Positions 22,995 to 26,044 of a DNA stretch of 26,044 bases are shown in pieces. The notes under the pieces were generated by a model. That model saw only the letters and a program-made list of their open reading frames with translations, ran no database searches and was not told the origin of the DNA. Each line of letters starts with the position of its first letter. Positions within the stretch are counted from its first letter, which is position 1. The stretch spans positions 1 through 26,044 of the forward strand of contig JAZFQW010000020.1 of the NCBI GenBank assembly GCA_036445335.1, in the 5' to 3' direction. Origin of the DNA: Alphaproteobacteria bacterium. GTDB taxonomy: Bacteria; Pseudomonadota; Alphaproteobacteria; DSM-16000; Inquilinaceae. The position numbers were made by a program, and so were the translations under genes.

Positions 22995-25111
22995 ATGGCT
23001 GAACGCGCCGTCGACGCCGGGCCCGACCGCCGGGTCAACGGCCTGACGCGGCTGCTGGAGGCGTGCGCCGCGCCGCTGGCGGGCGAGCGCGAGCGCTGGC
23101 CGCTGTGGCTGCCGGCCGCCGGCGGCGTCGGCATCGCGCTCTATTTCGGCCTGGCGGCGGAGCCGCCCTGGTGGGCCGGCCCCGCCGCCGCGGCGGCCGC
23201 CCTGGCCGCCGCCCTTGTCATGCGCCGACGGCCGGTCGCGCCGGTCCTGGCGGTCGGCCTGCTGGCGGCGGCGATCGGCTTTGCCGCCGCCCAGGCGCGC
23301 ACTGCCAGGGTCGCCGCGCCGATGCTGGACCGTCCCATCGGCCCGGTCTGGGTGACCGGGCGCGTCGTTGCGCAGGACGTGCTGCCGGAAGGCGTGCGGA
23401 TCGTCCTCGCCGATCCGGAGATCGGCCGGTATGCCGACGGCCCCGTGCCAGACCGCGTCAGGGTCCGGCTGAAGCGCGATGCGATGCCCTTGCCAACCGG
23501 CGCCGGTGTCGGGGTGCTGGCCATGCTCAACCCGCCGAGCGGTCCGGCCGCGCCCGGCGCGTTCGACTTCCGCCGCCATGCCTTCTTCGGCGGGATCGGC
23601 GCGATCGGCTTCGCCGTCGGCGACGCGCGCGTGCTGACGCCGCCCGGGCGCGGCGGCGCCGGCCTGTGGCTCGAGGCGCTGCGCCAGGGCATCGCGGCCC
23701 GGGTGGCGGCGCATCTGTCCGGCGACCGGGCGGCGATCGCGGCGGCGCTACTGACCGGCGAGCGCGGCGCCATTAGGGCATCGGTGTACGAGTCCATCCG
23801 CGACGCCGGTCTGGCCCACCTGCTGGCGATCTCGGGCCTGCATCTGGGCCTAGTCGCCGGCTTGGTGTTCTTCGCTGTGCGCGCCGCGCTGGCGCTCTCG
23901 CCGGCGCTCGCGCTCAACCGGCCGATCAAGAAATGGGCGGCCGTGGCGGCGCTGGTCGGCGCTTTCTTCTACATGATGATCGTCGGCGCCACCGTGCCGA
24001 CCCAGCGTGCCTTCCTCATGACCGGACTGGTCCTGGTCGCGGTCCTCTGGTCGACCGCACGGCGATATCGATGCGGCTGGTCGCCTGGGCCGCGGCGGCG
24101 GTGCTGGCGATCGCGCCGGACAGCATGCTGGGACCCAGCTTCCAGATGTCGTTCGCGGCGGTGATCGCGCTGGTCGCCGCCTACGAGGCGGCGCGACCAC
24201 GGCTGGCCGAATGGCGCCAGGGGGCCGGCTGGGGCGGCTTGCTGCTGTTGTACCTGGCCGGTGTGCTGCTGACCACGGCGGTCGCCTCGGCGGCGACGGC
24301 GCCATTCGCGCTTTACCACTTCCAGCGGCTGGCGAGCTATGGCCTGGCTGCCAATCTGGCGGCGGTGCCGCTGACCGCGTTCTGGATCATGCCGTGGGGG
24401 CTGGTGGCCTATCTGCTGATGCCGTTCGGCCTGGAGGGCCTGGCGCTGACGCCGATGGGGTGGGGCGTTGCCGTGCTGCTGTGGATCGCGCGGCTGGCTG
24501 CCGACATGCCGGGCGCCGCCCTGCTGGTCCCGGCGATGCCAGCCTGGGGGCTGGCGGTGGTCGCGGCCGGCGGCCTGTGGCTGTGCCTGTGGCAGCGGCG
24601 CTGGCGCCTGCTCGGTGTGGCGGCGATCGCCGTCGGGCTGACGAGCATCGCCGCCGCCCCGCGCCCCGACATCCTGATCAACCACACCGGCAGCCTGATG
24701 GCGGTGCGCGACGCGGATGGCGGGCTTGCCGTCTCGTCGAACCGACGCGACCGCTTCGTCCGCGACATGTGGCTGCGCCGCGACGGCCAGGCCGTCGCCG
24801 CGGCGTGGCCGCGGGAAGGCGCCAGCGCCGACGGACGGCTGATGTGCGATCCGCTGGGGTGCCTGTATCGGCGCGACGGACACACCGTCGCCCTGGTCCG
24901 CGACCCGCGGGCGCTGGCGGAAGACTGCGCCGTCGCCGACGTGGTGGTGGCCAGCGTCCCGGTGCCGTGGTTCTGTCCCGCCGGCACGGTGGTCGACCGG
25001 TTCGACGTCTGGCGCCACGGCGCCCACGCGTTGACCTTCACCCGCCGCGGCGTCGTAGTCGACAGCGTCGGCCGGTCCAACGGCGACCGGCCATGGACGC
25101 TGACGCGATAG
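22995..25111 (+). pseudogene. comEC: ComEC/Rec2 DNA-uptake channel, split by a frameshift at about 24045-24049 (true lesion or sequence error)
   Basis: Frame 1 (22995-24164) has the N-terminal OB-type region, PGAFDF and HLLAISGLH..PTQRAFLM. The reading continues in another frame as VDRTAISMR..GPSFQMSFAA..HFQR..ANLAAVP to TAG 25111. Confidence 0.88.
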
Positions 25112-25137
25112 GGCGCGCCCGTCCGTCGGTCGATCTC

Positions 25138-25857
25138 CTACCCGTAGCGCCGGATCAGGCCGACCAGACGGCCCTGGACCTGCACTCGGTCGGGGCCGAA
25201 GATGCGGGTCTCGTAGGCCGCGTTGGCGGGCTCCAGCGCCACAGTCGCGCCCTTCTTGCGCAGGCGCTTCAAGGTGACCTCCTGGTTGTCGACCAGCGCG
25301 ACGACGATCGACCCGTTGTCCGCCACGTCGCATTTGCGGATGATCACGGTGTCGCCGTCAAAGATGCCGGCGTCGGCCATGCTGTCGCCGTCGACCTCCA
25401 GGGCGTAATGGTCGCCCTTGCCGAGCAGGTTGGCCGGCACGTTGGCGAAGGTCGAATGATCGCGCAACGCCTCGATCGGCGTGCCGGCGGCGATCCGGCC
25501 ATAGAGCGGCAGATGCACCGCCTCCGCCTCGCTGTCCTCGGCGACCGGCCGGCCGGACAGCGCGGCGCTGAAATCGCCTTTGATGACGGTCGGGGCGAAA
25601 CTGCCGTCGCCCTTGCGCGGCGTGGCATCCGCGCCCGTCACCCCGTCGGGCAACCGCAGGACCTCCAGCGCGCGCGCCCGGTGCGGCAGCCGGCGGATGA
25701 ATCCGCGCTCCTCCAGCCCGGTGATCAGCCGGTGGATCCCCGACTTCGACCGCAGGCCCAGCGCCTCCTTCATCTCGTCGAACGACGGCGACACGCCGCC
25801 CTTCGACAGTCGGCGGTTGATGAAAAGCAAGAGCTCTTGTTGCTTCCTGGTCAGCAT
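25138..25857 (-). CDS. lexA: SOS repressor LexA
   Basis: [30 protein letters not shown], cleavage site IAAG, catalytic GDSM and TLKR; ATG 25857 after GAGGA. Confidence 0.97.
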   Translation of the reverse strand: MLTRKQQELLLFINRRLSKGGVSPSFDEMKEALGLRSKSGIHRLITGLEERGFIRRLPHRARALEVLRLPDGVTGADATPRKGDGSFAPTVIKGDFSAALSGRPVAEDSEAEAVHLPLYGRIAAGTPIEALRDHSTFANVPANLLGKGDHYALEVDGDSMADAGIFDGDTVIIRKCDVADNGSIVVALVDNQEVTLKRLRKKGATVALEPANAAYETRIFGPDRVQVQGRLVGLIRRYG

Positions 25858-25912
25858 GATTGTCCTCAGCGGTACACGACGACGCGCCACAGTGGCTCTG
25901 CCGAGTCGCGAC

Positions 25913-25942
25913 AAACTACCTAGAACAAAACACAAACGTCAA
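25913..25942 (-). promoter_or_regulatory. Sigma70-type promoter of lexA
   Basis: On the minus strand TTGACG (25942-25937)-N18-TAGTTT (25918-25913). Confidence 0.6.
25923..25937. promoter_or_regulatory. LexA (SOS) box 1, imperfect, in the promoter spacer
   Basis: GAAC-AAAACAC-AAAC, one mismatch from the alphaproteobacterial GAAC-N7-GAAC. Confidence 0.7.
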
Positions 25943-25949
25943 GATAGTT

Positions 25950-25964
25950 GTTCTGTTTTGGTTC
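25950..25964. promoter_or_regulatory. LexA (SOS) box 2, perfect
   Basis: GTTC-TGTTTTG-GTTC, the alphaproteobacterial GTTC-N7-GTTC consensus, just upstream of the lexA -35. Confidence 0.85.
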
Positions 25965-25966
25965 TT

Positions 25967-26004
25967 TAGCCCGCACTTCTCACACTGGCCACGGTCTGCG
26001 CGGC
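25967..26004 (-). repeat. Truncated second copy of the post-dnaE palindrome
   Basis: TAGCCCGCACTTCTCACACTGGCCACGGTCTGCGCGGC matches the reverse complement of 5870-5907 at 35 of 38 positions. Confidence 0.88.
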
Positions 26005-26044
26005 GCTGTCGCGCCGACAGGGCAGGAACGCAGCGCGGCGCGAT

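Noticed and set aside
22908-23714. Apparent 269-aa N-terminal extension of GltX in the ORF track
   Set aside because: It is the antisense of comEC; GltX homology starts at ATG 22907 ([11 protein letters not shown]).

Overview
A GC-rich alphaproteobacterial core-chromosome segment with the classic conserved gene order: lolC/E-lolD-dnaE, rpsB-tsf-pyrH-frr-uppS-cdsA-[dxr]-rseP-bamA-skp-lpxD-fabZ-lpxA-lpxI-lpxB on +, gltA and gltX on -, comEC on +, lexA on -. No transposase, phage gene, rRNA, tRNA or CRISPR array is visible. Main departures from the textbook locus: (1) dxr is an 80-codon relic, with the Dxr N-terminus joined in frame to what looks like its C-terminus, so MEP-pathway entry is not encoded at its usual site. 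(2) comEC is split by a frameshift. (3) A nested 219-bp palindromic element sits at the left edge. (4) A perfect 25-bp-arm palindrome after dnaE has a second, truncated copy beside the lexA SOS boxes. (5) RpsB carries an acidic tail built from a hierarchical 24/72-bp tandem repeat. (6) A candidate small membrane protein overlaps the gltA stop. Start codons were re-assigned by hand. Family calls rest on recognised motifs and synteny, not on database searches.
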